This document shows, piece after piece, positions 36,901 through 48,022 of a DNA stretch of 64,000 bases. Position numbers and translations under genes: made by a program. Origin of the DNA: Felis catus (lineage: Eukaryota); assembly GCF_018350175.1 (NCBI RefSeq), contig NC_058372.1:148552001-148616000 (forward strand), given 5' to 3'. Under the pieces are notes generated by a model that saw nothing but the letters and a program-made list of their open reading frames with translations, made no database searches and was not told the DNA's origin. Position 1 is the first letter of the stretch. The number at the start of each line of letters is the position of its first letter.

Positions 36901-37404
36901 TTGCTCTCCACAGAGCTTCAAGTTCTCCCCAGTCTGGGTCTCCAGCACCGGCTGAATCAGCTCATCCCACCCTACCCCCAACTTCCTCAAGACACCAGTA
37001 AAATCCCATATGTGGGGAGAGAAGTCTACTCAAGTTGCCTTGACCCGGAAGGCTGTGCCGGAGAAGCTGGGCTAGAGCGTTCTGCAGAGGATCTCAACTC
37101 CTAGAGGCTTCCCGGCCGCCTCCTTCCCTCTCCTCTGCCCCCCTCCCCCTACCTTGCTCCGGGCTGCCTCGGCCCCCAGGCCGGGCACTGGGCTCCTCCT
37201 CTGGGCTCGGGGACTCTCCTCCACCTCCTCCACCCTCGAGGGCTTTGCGTTTCTTCGACATCTCTGCCCGGGACTGGGGCTTTGGGGGTTTCTTTCCTCA
37301 CCCCGGGCCCTCCCCCCTCGGAGAGGAGAGCGAAGGTGGGGTTAGGTGGAGGGGAGCAAGCGCGACGGAAGGGGTGGGGAGTAGAGACCGGGGAGGGAGA
37401 TGGA

Positions 37405-37467
37405 GGGCAGGGGAGGCAGGGAAGGCAGGGGAGGCAAGGGAGGCAGGGGAGGCAGGGGAGGCAGGGA
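37405..37467 (+). repeat. 9-bp tandem repeat (GGCAGGGGA)n, about 7 units
   Basis: Read directly, with two variant units. Confidence 0.9.
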
Positions 37468-38419
37468 CTGGCGCACAGATCCCTCCGTTCAGCCGAGCAG
37501 CTCCACGTCTAGGGGGCTGTTGGCACCGGCCGGCTCTCTCTTTCCTCCTGCCTCTTCTTCTTTCCACTAGAAGGGTGAGCTGAGAGCGGAGGAGAGCTCA
37601 GCACCCAGAGAGGAGAGGCTCCTCGGGGCCCCTCAGCTGATTTCTTCCTAATCTGGGAGGGGGAGGGGGGGTTCCCTGTACTGGGACCCCTGGCCCTGTC
37701 CGTTCATGAAAGAGCGGGGGTGGGGGTGGGAGGGGGGACACTGTTTGTGATATTTGGTGGGGGGTGCTTTCCGTGGACTGCAAGGAAAATTGGGTGGAAT
37801 GAAGAAAATCAAATGCTGCAGGGTGCGATACAGTGATGCCTTCAGGTGCTGGAGGTTCCGAACCCTCCTCCCGATGACATCACGTAGGCTTTTGAGAAAG
37901 GCACTGGGGGGGGTGGGTGCAGAGGAGAGTGGCAGCAGAGGTGAGGGATAGAGAGAGGAGGAGGGGGATTTGCCCCCATCCAGAACTCCAGGGGGAAGCC
38001 AAGAAGGGAGGAAGGAAGGTGCTGGAACACCAGCAGCTCCTCTTGGCCGCTTCACCGGGCACCTGCCAGGCTGGCATCACGGGGCTGGAGGGCAGCCTTC
38101 GCGGGGAACTTGGAGCTGGAAACTCGGGCCAGGCAGTGGCCCGGAGGCAATCACTCAGCACCCGGAGTTGGCTGCAGTCTCACAGCCTTGAGTCTGGCTT
38201 CTACAGACTCAGGCTTCGTCCTCCCCCCTCCCGCGAGCCACTCTCCTCCGGAGCAGCCGTGTTCCCAAACGACAGGCTCGCGCCCCATCTCACTGACAAA
38301 GAGGATGGACGGAAATGATGGGGGGCGGGAGGGGGGGAGAGTCGGGGGGAAAAGGTTCGAATGAAGTTTTTCCGGACTCCCAAGGGTTAAATAATAGGTA
38401 AAAGCAACTATCAACTTAC

Positions 38420-38474
38420 CCGCCAAAGTGTGCTGAGGCTCGGACCTGGTCTCCGCTTCATTTCAAGTTCGTGC
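38420..38474 (-). other. Candidate 55-nt internal exon (5' UTR or short coding start)
   Basis: Acceptor CCTTTTCCCTCTCCCTTTTTCAAAG|G and donor CGG|GTAAGT. Contains an ATG at 38461 followed by exactly 14 codons to the donor. Confidence 0.6.
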
Positions 38475-38871
38475 CTTTGAAAAAGGGAGAGGGAAAAGGT
38501 GGGGGTGGCGGCGCCAGCCGGCCAGGAGCGCGGCGGGTCCAGGGCTCCGACGAAAACTGCGCAAAACGAGTTGCCAGGCGAGGCCGGTGGCCCAAGTTCG
38601 GGACCTCTCCAAGAACGCTCGCTTCGGCTCCGCCAAGCAGGCATATTCCAAAGGCTTCGGGCACCCCGGCTTTCGCGCCGATCTTCTCAAAAAAGGGGGG
38701 GACAACTCTAAACGGGGTGTCACGGTCTTCTTTCCCTCCCTTCCATCTGGGGGTGTCGAGGGAAGCCGCGCTGAGCCCTCCGGGCGCCAAGGAGGACCGG
38801 TCCATCTCAGCCCATTCTCTCGGTGCTGCCGCAAGTTTGGACCCACACATCTATGCAGAACAGGAGTGCGA

Positions 38872-38917
38872 GTGTGCGCGCGTGTGTGTGCGTGTGTGTG
38901 TGCGCGCGCGCGTGTGC
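38872..38917. repeat. Alternating purine-pyrimidine (GT/GC) tract
   Basis: GTGTGCGCGCGTGTGTGTGCGTGTGTGTGTGCGCGCGCGCGTGTGC. Confidence 0.9.
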
Positions 38918-40233
38918 CAGCCCGTGTGCCGCGCACACTGGGCATCTGGGGGTGCATGTGCTCTCAGGAACGACTCTCCGCGGCTGCCTGGAACTTGGAG
39001 AGTTTTCCTTTAAGCCGGAGCCGCTGCTCGGACACCCCCCGCGTCCAACAGGAGGCGATGACGTCTGTAGCCTCGTTGCCAGACCGTCCCCAGGCTGCCG
39101 CTGCCTTCATTGACAGGAGCGGGCGCTCTCCGACGTCAGCAGCCGGACCTTTGGCAAGGCTGCTCCCGCGGAGACGGCTCCCACCCCCGCACCTGCCAGC
39201 CCGCCCCCGGCGGGGTGGGGGGGGGATAATGAAATCAAAGCCACCCGGGAGGGGGCCGGGGAGGCTCTGGGGCTGGGGGGCGGGGGACTCCGACCAGCCC
39301 TCTTTGTCCTGGAGCTCGGGAGTATATAAATAGTGCTGTCTCCGGCCAGACTTGCACCCCTCTTGCACGCCCCCGCAGTGCCCCCCCCCCCGCCCGGCCC
39401 CTTGTCACTTTGTATCTGGCTCGCTCGGCCTGGAGGGAGGCGGGGGAGGGGCGGGGAGTGGAGGCAGACGCGGCTTCTCTCCCTCTCCCCATTCATAGAT
39501 TCCGTGGCTGGCGTGTCAGGGCCGCCGCGGGGCTCAGGGAGTCGCAGTGAATGGACTAATGCCCGCGCGCGCGCGGGGACCTCCACTCGGCGAGGACGTC
39601 GCCTCTGCAGGGGGCGCTGCTCCCACGCGGGGACAACCACCCTCGCCGCGGGGGTGGGGGGGCGGGCGGGCGGGGGGGAGATCCCAAAGGACCACCCTTC
39701 AAAGGCCAGGGGCCCGGCCTGCCCTGCCCCTCCAGCCCCAGGGGCCTTCCTTGCCAATGCAGTGCGAGCACCAAGAGAATGGAGCCCGGCTGGGTCGCGC
39801 GGTGAGAGCGGGGGTGCGGGACCCGCCAGCCCTGTGTGCCCCCCGAACTCCCAGACCTTAGCAACAGCCAGGGGAGCGGCCACGTGGCGCAGGGCAGCGG
39901 CTGGGGCCGGGGTGTCGCCTCCCTCTGCGCTCCTATGCCAACCCAAACCCGCTCGCCCTCCACCCCGAGCCCCCAGGGGTGCGCGCGCCGGGGTGGGGGT
40001 GCGGGGGTGGGGGCGCCCCAAGGGGCGGTTCCGCGGCCAAAACCCCGCTCAAGGGAATCCGTGGGCTTACGCCCCCCACGCGCAGTTGCCGGAGGGGGCC
40101 TGATGGCTGGGCCCACGCCCGCCCAGGGGAGCGCACCCACCCCCACCCCCTCGCTGGGCGCCGCCCCGGGCTTCTCACCCAGGAACACGAAAGATTGAGT
40201 TCGGAGGCGCCCTGCACACCACAGGAGCCTCAC

Positions 40234-40312
40234 CTGCGCTCGCAAAGGCTTCCACAAACGTGGCCAAAGTGAACCCGAACCCCTTTGCTTCCCCAAGACC
40301 CCCAAGCTGGGC
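40234..40312 (-). other. Candidate 79-nt non-coding exon
   Basis: Acceptor TTCTTGGTTGCCTGCTGTCCCCAG|G and donor CAG|GTGAGG. Confidence 0.35.
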
Positions 40313-40531
40313 CTGGGGACAGCAGGCAACCAAGAATGTGGTGTCTGCAGAGACCTTCCCAGCCAGCGGTGGCCCAGCCTGTGGGAGAAGGCTCCTCCCG
40401 GGTGATCCTGCCCCGTACACAGTCACCCTGCCACTTGGGCACTGCACCCCAGCCCCTCTTCCAATAGAGGAAATGCCTTCACCGTCCCCCTCGGCATGGC
40501 CTAATCCCAAGTCATGTGCAGTTTGCTCTCC

Positions 40532-40532
<1 letters not shown>

Positions 40533-40572
<40 letters not shown>
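40533..40572. repeat. (CA)n microsatellite, about 20 units
   Basis: Read directly. Confidence 0.97.
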
Positions 40573-40574
<2 letters not shown>

Positions 40575-40759
40575 GCCCTGGACTCTCCTGCAGGAAGACG
40601 ACCATCCGTAGCCCCTCTTCTCCCTCACCCCACCCAGCCTCTCTCCTGTTCACAACCAACAGCACCCAGCCCGTGCCCTGGACTGGCTCTGGCTTCTCAC
40701 CTCCCACCTGCTCTCGAACCAGCCCCAGTAACACTGTCTTAAGACATCTGCCTCAACTA

Positions 40760-41830
40760 CTCAGAGAAACTCTGCTGTTCCCCCGGCCACCTGCCAGCCT
40801 GCGCCACTCCGGACAAAGGCGAATTTTCCGTCCTCACCTCGTCTGACTTGCTAGCCACACTGGGCAGAGTTCAAGCTTCCCTCGCATCGACACATCCTTC
40901 TCTCGGCCTTCAGGACACCACACTCCCGGGACTGCCTCCTCCCTTACTGGCCGTCCCCTGGGGTCGCAGCTGTTGAAGCTGTATCTGCCCAGCTTCCTAC
41001 TGTTGGAAGGACATACAGGCTGTATGTCGGAAGGCTGTAGCACTGGCCCACGGCCCCTTGTCATGTCCCACGCCTCCAGCCCTGCTGCTCTCACTCAGCC
41101 CCCCGGTCCAGTCCTATCTGAACCCAGAAGATGAGGCTGGACCCCCAGTCTAAGTGACACCTCCGCCCGGATGCCCGGAAGGCACACCTAACAGGGCTGT
41201 AACTAGGTTCCGGATGTTACCTTCGCCCCAAACCTGCTGCCTTGAGGCCGAAACGCTGCAGTAACAAGGACTCCTGTGTTCTCCTTCCCTCACGTTCCAT
41301 CCATCAGCAAATTCTGTGCCCTCTACCTCTACATATGCCCGGATGCCAAGTCGCTACCTCCCCGCTGACGCTCCCCCAATCCCACCTCCTGTCGGTCGCT
41401 GCTGTCTTTCCCGCAGAGTTCCAAACCATGTTCCTTCTCTAGGAAAAGTCCCTCCAGGCCCGAGGAAGCGAGGTCCTCATAACGATCTGCCAGTCCTGCC
41501 CCCCTTCCCCCCCCCATCCCCGGCCGTCAGGGCTTATTCCTCTTGCCTCCCTGCTCCGTGGTCCCCAGCCCCCCAGGCCTTTTCTGGCACCCACGTGGAG
41601 AGGTGCACACATGCCGATCCCTCTCTGGACCCTTCTGCTGGTGAATCCTAACTAGGCTCATTCTCTTCCCCTCCTCACCTGTACCCGGGCATCCTCGGGA
41701 ACCTCTAGGGGCCACCCTGCCTAAAACTTGAACACACTTCCTGTCCCTGGCCTTACTTAATCTTCCTACCTGGACTATTTCCAGTTAACTGATTTGCCCT
41801 GTTTATTCTACCTCCTCACTCAAATGCTAG
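40760..41830 (+). mobile_element. Decayed L2 fragments
   Basis: GGCCTTCAGGACACCACACTCCCGGGACTGCCTCCTCCCTTACTGGCC and CCATCCATCAGCAAATTCTGTGCCCTCTACCTC resemble L2 consensus segments. Confidence 0.65.
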
Positions 41831-41835
41831 CTTCA

Positions 41836-42029
41836 GGGGCGCCTGGGTGGCTGAGTCAGTGGAGGGTCCGACTTCGACTCAGGTCATGATCTCACAGTTC
41901 ACGAGTTCAAGCCCTGCATCAGGCTCGGTGCCGACAGCTCAGAGCCTGCTTGGGATTCTCTCTCTCCTCTCTCTCTCTCTCAAAAATAAATAAACATGTT
42001 TAAAAAAAACAAATAAAAAATAAAAACTA
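41836..42029 (+). mobile_element. Can-SINE
   Basis: TSD AAATGC(T/C)AGCTTCA at 41822-41835 and 42030-42043. Confidence 0.95.
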
Positions 42030-44118
42030 AAATGCCAGCTTCATGATCATGGGGATTTTTTTTTTAATCTTTGCTTATAGTCACATAAAAACTAGAGTTA
42101 GCCTCACGAAAGTTCTTCACCTCACCACACATTCAAGAGATGCTTGATTTGTCAGCAAGTAGAAGAAGGTGAACTTGGAGGCTGTGGGGGGGGGGGTTCT
42201 TTGTTCTGCCACAATATCCCCCAAATGAAAGATCCGTGTGAGAGTATGTGAGCCCCCTGCCCAAGAGCACCGTTAGGTCTGTGGGTGGTCCCTGAGGAGT
42301 CATCCTCTCTCTTCTTCACTTTCCTCTTCAATCACTTCTTCCTCTCCCCCCTTCTTTCCTTGTCCCTCATAGTCCTTCCCTTCCCGCCCAAGCCTTATGC
42401 CTGCCATAAGAGGAACTGCCTTCCAGTTCCTGAAACTTTGGAATGCCCACTCTAGAAGTCAAACATTATATTCCTTCAGTAATCACTGCGCTCCAAACCC
42501 TGACGTCCCAGGATCTCCCCTCCAGGCCCCCCATCCAGCAGAGGGGAACAGGTGCATGTGCACAAGACGCCCTGGGCTGAGCGCTGTCCCCAGAGAGGAC
42601 CGTTGAGCAGAGAAGAGGCCTGGGGCAGCTGACACCTAGGCAGGTCCTGTAGGCTGGAGGGAGCTCCACGGTGTAGACAGAGAGCAAGCCCGGAGGCTCA
42701 AGAGGGTGGATGGTTTGCAACATATCAGGGTGCTCCAGTGTTGGGCTGGAGGTGAGCAGGTAGTGAGGGGCCTCGTGGCCTCGCTAAAGAGTTGGAAGTG
42801 TGTCCCAGGCCTTGATGGGTTTTCAGAAAGAGATGAAATGGTGTTTTAGAAGGAAAATTGGAGACAGCATCTGAAGAAGTAAGAGGAGAGACAGGGCAGC
42901 GGCCAAGTGAAGCGGTGACGGGACGCGACCTCGAGCGAGGACATGCCAGTCTCATGCTGGCGGGGTGTGGAGGGGCCAACGGAAGCGGTTCTAGAATGCA
43001 GGCATGATTGTCGGAGCCAAAAATAAGTTCGGCTCTGCTGAGGATGGCCAGGTAATCGACGTCAAGCAAGCAGGCAGGCAGGCTCCGCTTCAGGGCCGTA
43101 AACGATTATAGCTGGAGATGCGTTACCCACCTTGCATGCCTGGAAACTGACGCGACCCCAGCAGAGCAGGAAGGAGGAGCTTCCCTGAAGACTTTCGAGA
43201 AACTGATGTACAAGCCAGGGCCTCCTTGTCCGTTTCCAGTGGGAGGGACATCTTGGTGAGGACTGGGATCCTCTCCCCTTTTGTTCAGGGAAAGAACACA
43301 TCAAGTTATAGGACGTTATATGGGCTTGGAAGCCATTTCGCCCAACTATGGAAGGGATGTGGGGGGGAGCAAAGGCACTGTGGTCTCTGAGGGAGCTCCG
43401 TGGCTCCCTACCGTGAGGGGAAGATACTGGCTTTGAGCTGGGCTTCACTGCTCCAGGCTACTGCTTCCAGACCCTGACCGAGGAGGACTGTAGGAACAAC
43501 AAGGTCTGCAGGGGGCTTTGAGATTCTTCGAACACCGGGAGGGGCTCGGTTTTAGTGCGGGCGCTCCTTCACCCAGTCAGAGACCAGTTCATTTTTCTTT
43601 TCCCAGATTCTTTTCATTTGGAGAAGAAGTGAGATCTTAAGATACTGGGGTGTTAATTTGGACCACTTCCAAGAACAGATAGAAAGAACCAGATCAAAGT
43701 CGCCGGCCTGGACAAGGCGGCCTGTTTTGTAAACACCTTGTTAGAAAAACCCATGTTCCTGTTGACCCACTAAGCACAGTCGTTTCTATGCCTAAAAGAA
43801 TTTCTGAGTCATGAGAAAATGATTCTCAAGAGGATATTGGAGACATGGAGAATCTGAAAGTAGCTTATTTAATGTTGTGAGTAGCTGAAATCAGAAAATA
43901 AACATTTGGTCTAATCACTGATTGGTAGAGCCAGAAAGAACATTCGATTATCTAATGAGACTAATCCCTTAGCTCCCAAAGTCTATGTTATAAATGAAGA
44001 AAAGGAGCTCAAGCAACATAACACAGCCAAAGAGTAGTGAGGACTTTCAGAAGGTTTGTTTTCAGAAGGAGGATATCATAGCTGCGCATCATGTTCGGAT
44101 GCTAAAACCAATCACGTA

Positions 44119-44350
44119 GGGGCGCCTGGGTGGCGCAGTCGGTTAAGCGTCCGACTTCAGCCAGGTCACGATCTCGCGGTTCGTGAGTTCGAGCCCCGCG
44201 TCGGGCTCTGGGCTGATGGCTCGGAGCCTGGAGCCTGTTTCCGATTCTGTGTCTCCCTCTCTCTCTGGCCCTCACCCGTTCATGCTCTGTCTCTCTCTGT
44301 TCCAAAAATAAATAAAAGACGTTTGAAAAAAAAAATTTAAAAAAAAAAAA
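44119..44350 (+). mobile_element. Young Felis-type SINEC_Fc
   Basis: GGCGCAGTCGG and CAGCCAGGTCACG diagnostics, long A tail, TSD AAAA(C/A)CAATCACGTA at 44104-44118 and 44351-44365. Confidence 0.97.
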
Positions 44351-44475
44351 AAAAACAATCACGTAAATACCATAAATACAGAAATTTAATCACATCGTAT
44401 CCATTCCTCTTCTTCCATAAAGCAGCCTAACTCATCCTAAATATTTCACCTATGTATATTTCAGCACTCACTTTT

Positions 44476-44674
44476 TAAACATTTTTTTAATGTTTATTTA
44501 TTTTTGAGAGAGAGAGAGGGAGACAGCGTGAGCAGGGGAGGGACAGAATCCGAAACAGGCTCCAGGCTCCAAGCTGTTAGCACAGGGCCCAACGAGGGCT
44601 TGAACACACAGACCGTGAGATCATGACCTGAGCCTAAGTTGGACGCTCAACCGACTGAGCCACCCAGGTGCCCC
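44476..44674 (-). mobile_element. Can-SINE
   Basis: Perfect TSD TCAGCACTCACTTTT at 44461-44475 and 44675-44689. Confidence 0.95.
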
Positions 44675-44694
44675 TCAGCACTCACTTTTCAAGA

Positions 44695-46950
44695 TTTTTA
44701 TTTGGAAGTAATTTCGAATTTACAGAAAAGTTGCAAGCATTAAAATGATACCACGAACACCCAGATTCCCCTCTTGCTGACCTTTTATTTCCATTTGCAT
44801 GTCACTTGTGTGCACTCTATTCTTTAAGTCAGTTATGAGTGAGACCCTTTGCCCCCCAACATATTTCATTGTGTATTTCCTAAGAATAGGAATATTTTCT
44901 TATATAAAGACAGCACTGTGGCCAACTTCAGTAAATTAAAATTACTGATGCGTATGTTCATCTGGTTGCTGTCCATATTCCAGTTTTTTCCACCCAGTTG
45001 GTGTTTTATAGAACACCCACCCCCCAGACCCCACAGAACAGAATACAGTCAGGGGTCGAGGATTGCCTTTAATTGCCCTATTTCTTAGAATCCTTCCATC
45101 TGGCACATTTCCAGAACCTTTCTTTGTCTTTTATGACACAGACGTTTTGGAAGAATATAGACATCTCATCTCCCTCTTCTTAATAAGCCATTTCTCCGTG
45201 TGGATTTGATGTTTCCTCACGGTTCGATTCAGGTTACGCATTTTCAGCCGAAATACTACCAAGGGGAGGTGGTGTCTTTACCAGAATATGCATCTGGAAT
45301 CTCTTGCTGTCCATCTGGCTTTCACCGCTGGTCTGAATCCTGATCCGGGCCTTGTCTGATTTCCCCTCCGTGTAATTACTCCTTTTGTTTCACTTGAAAC
45401 TAGCAAGCGATCTGTAGGGAGACACTTGAAGATCTGGTGACTATTCTGCTGTGAATCTCTATCTGCCCAGAACTGGCTTCCATGGAGGGTTCCGGTTTGT
45501 CCACTTGTGCGTGACGGCCTCCTCACTCAGCACTCCCACAAAGTTACTCACCCGCCCTGGAAGGGGCACACACCCTCGTTTCTTCTCCCTCCTTTTTACC
45601 ATTTCCTGCATCTACTTCTTGGGGATATTATGAGTATTTAAGTAGTAAGGACCATAATTTCCTATTTCAATGGTTTATAATTCATTTCTGTATGTAATTA
45701 TTTTGCTCATATTTGGTCTATTAAAGGTCAGGTGAGAGTCCCTTGAAGATGACCCTGCGTCCACAGGCCGTGCCCTGTCATTTCCTCAGCATCCCTTACC
45801 AGCAAGATGTTTCAGGGCCATCTTGGACCTACCGTGCTCAGCCTGGAATCAGCCACTTCCTCGAGGAACACTGGTCCTTGTGGTGGAGTTAGAGACCAAG
45901 ATCTGGGACCAGGGGTGCTCACTGCTATTGGGTGTCTGCTCCTCTTGGCTTTGCAGCACACACACTAGGCAGTAAGTGAGCACACACACGCATGCACACA
46001 CAGATATATGCACATATGCACATTATAGACAAGCACACCTGCACACATACGCCCACGTTTGCATATCTGAGAAGCCAGGTGTTATCTCTTCTACCACAGT
46101 GAAGTCCTGTTCCCGACAGCATCAGTGGATTTGCTCATCTGCTCAGCCCTATAGTGCATCTAACAGTTTCCTAATTCCCTTGCCCTCAGCCGTACAACAA
46201 AGCAACCATGACAAGAGGTCAGGATTTGTCTGCGATTCTCCCCTGATGCCTCGTACCACGTGCTATGAAGTCCGTTGGATCTAGAGTCAAAGGCTGTGTT
46301 CAGAAATCATCTGGACTTGTTCTTTCTTAGTTCCCTTCACTGTCCTTTATTGGAAAAGAGTGACTGGATTCCTTTGCTTTCTGTTTCCTTCCATGTGTTC
46401 CCCCTTCCCATTTTTATTGATTTAATTTTACGTTTGTAAGTATTGTGAATATGCTTCTGAAGGTCAAAGCGATCCTCGGAGACATCCAGAGAGAAGGTCC
46501 TTCCCTCCCGTGTGCCTTCCGTTCTGTCTCTCCCCCAACCCCTTGTAGGAAGCCAGTTTCATTGTCCTCTGGTTTATCTTCACTCTGTTGCCTTCTGTAA
46601 AGGTGAGCAGGTAGTGTTTGTTTCCTTGTTTTCTCCACAGAACGTATCCTATACATGCTCCTTTGCAATCTGCCATTTTTTGCTGAATCACATTTCCTGG
46701 AAATCACATTCTGCAGATTTCTCAGCACTTTTCTTGCTTTTTCGAACACCTGTATGAGTGCCCCACGGCTCAGCCAGCCTATGTCCTATGCTTGGGCATT
46801 TAGCTAACCTGGCTGCCATGAACTGCTTTGCGCACTTACGTTTTCATACAGTCAGAGGTGCACCTCAGGGCACGTCCCTGCAGGTGGGGTTGCAGAGCCA
46901 CAGGGTAAGTATAAACACAGTTGTCTTAGGCAGGGTCAAGAGCTTTAGTT
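44695..46950 (-). mobile_element. L1MC/L1ME-like 3' region fragments
   Basis: TTTTATTTGGAAGTAATTTCGAATTTACAGAAAAGTTGCAA terminus and GAGACCAAGATCTGGG..GGGGTGCTCACTGCTATTGGG are typical of antisense L1MC 3' UTRs. Confidence 0.75.
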
Positions 46951-46971
46951 TACAATTCATCAATCACTTTT

Positions 46972-47181
46972 TTTTTTAAACATTTATTTATTTTTGAGAC
47001 AGAGAGAGACAGAGCATGAACGGGAGAGGGTCAGAGAGAGAGGGAGACACAGAATCTGAAACAGGCTCCAGGCTCTGAGCGGTCGGCACAGAGCCCGACG
47101 CGGGGCTCGAACTCACGGACCGCGAGATCGTGACCTGAGCCGAAGTCAGACACTTAACCGATTAAGCCACCCAGGTGCCCC
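46972..47181 (-). mobile_element. Can-SINE
   Basis: TSD CATCAATCACTTTT at 46958-46971 and 47181-47194. Confidence 0.96.
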
Positions 47182-47459
47182 ATCAATCACTTTTTTAAAA
47201 AATAAAAATAAATAAATTTTCCCAAGTGTCAGTGGATCTCCACTAATGAAAAAAAATATTTAATATGTTTTAAGGAAGTGATTGAAGGAAGGAATGAACC
47301 GAAAGGGCTAGTGCCTAGAGGCTGCTTTATCATCGGGCAGCTTGGGATGTAGCGAACTTAACAGGATGTAACAGAAGTGCATGCTTCGGTAACTCTTGTC
47401 TACTGAATGGAGCAAATGAATGCTGAACCCGGAATTCGTCTGTATTATGTAATAAATCG

Positions 47460-47650
47460 ACTAGAAAGAGAGGAGTTGGAACCAGGAATAGTTTCTGTTC
47501 TCAATTGCGTTATGCTCCTGCTCTGTGAATTTGGGAAAACCATTTGATGCTATTATGACTCTGTTTCCTCATCTGTGAAATAGGGATAGAAATATTTTCC
47601 CTGACTACACAACAGTTTGGTTTAAGGACCAAATGCGTGTGTCATTTATA
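47460..47650 (+). mobile_element. MIR
   Basis: CTGTGAATTTGGGAAA...CTCTGTTTCCTCATCTGTGAAATAGGGATA matches the MIR core. Confidence 0.8.
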
Positions 47651-47787
47651 GACATAAATGACAAAGTATTATCTATCTATCTATCATCTATCTTTTGTCT
47701 CTATGTGTCCAGAGTCTTTGAAATATCTTCCTTCCTAGACAGCAAGGGGAAAGAATATTTAACTGAAATTTAAGAAACCTGTGTTTT

Positions 47788-48022
47788 GGGGACGCCTGGG
47801 TGGCTCAGCCGGTGAAGCGTCCGACTTCGGCTCAGGTCATGATCTCGCGGTCCGTGAGTTTGAGTCCCGCGTCGGGCTCAGAGCTCAGAGCTGACAGCTC
47901 GGAGCCTGGAGCCTGTTTCGGATTCTGTGTCTCCCTCTCTGCCCCTCCCCTGTGCTCTCTCTCTCTCTCTCTTTCTCAAAAATAAATAAAGATTAAAATT
48001 TTTTTTTAAATAAATAAAAAAA
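47788..48022 (+). mobile_element. Can-SINE
   Basis: Perfect TSD AAGAAACCTGTGTTTT at 47772-47787 and 48023-48038. Confidence 0.96.

Larger units (their letters stand above)
37100..40420. promoter_or_regulatory. Large CpG island, probable main promoter of a minus-strand transcript
   Basis: About 3 kb of very GC- and CpG-dense sequence without interspersed repeats, many GC boxes, TATATAAATA at 39323-39332, CTCF-like TCTGCAGGGGGCGCT at 39604-39618, and minus-strand splice signals. Confidence 0.85.

Noticed and set aside
38463-40329. ORFs of 160-304 aa in the CpG island
   Set aside because: Pro/Gly/Ala/Arg-rich in all frames and running through microsatellites, as expected for CpG islands.
37100-40420. 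Gene name for the locus
   Set aside because: Several genes with multiple non-coding first exons fit the layout, but I recognise no sequence well enough to name one.
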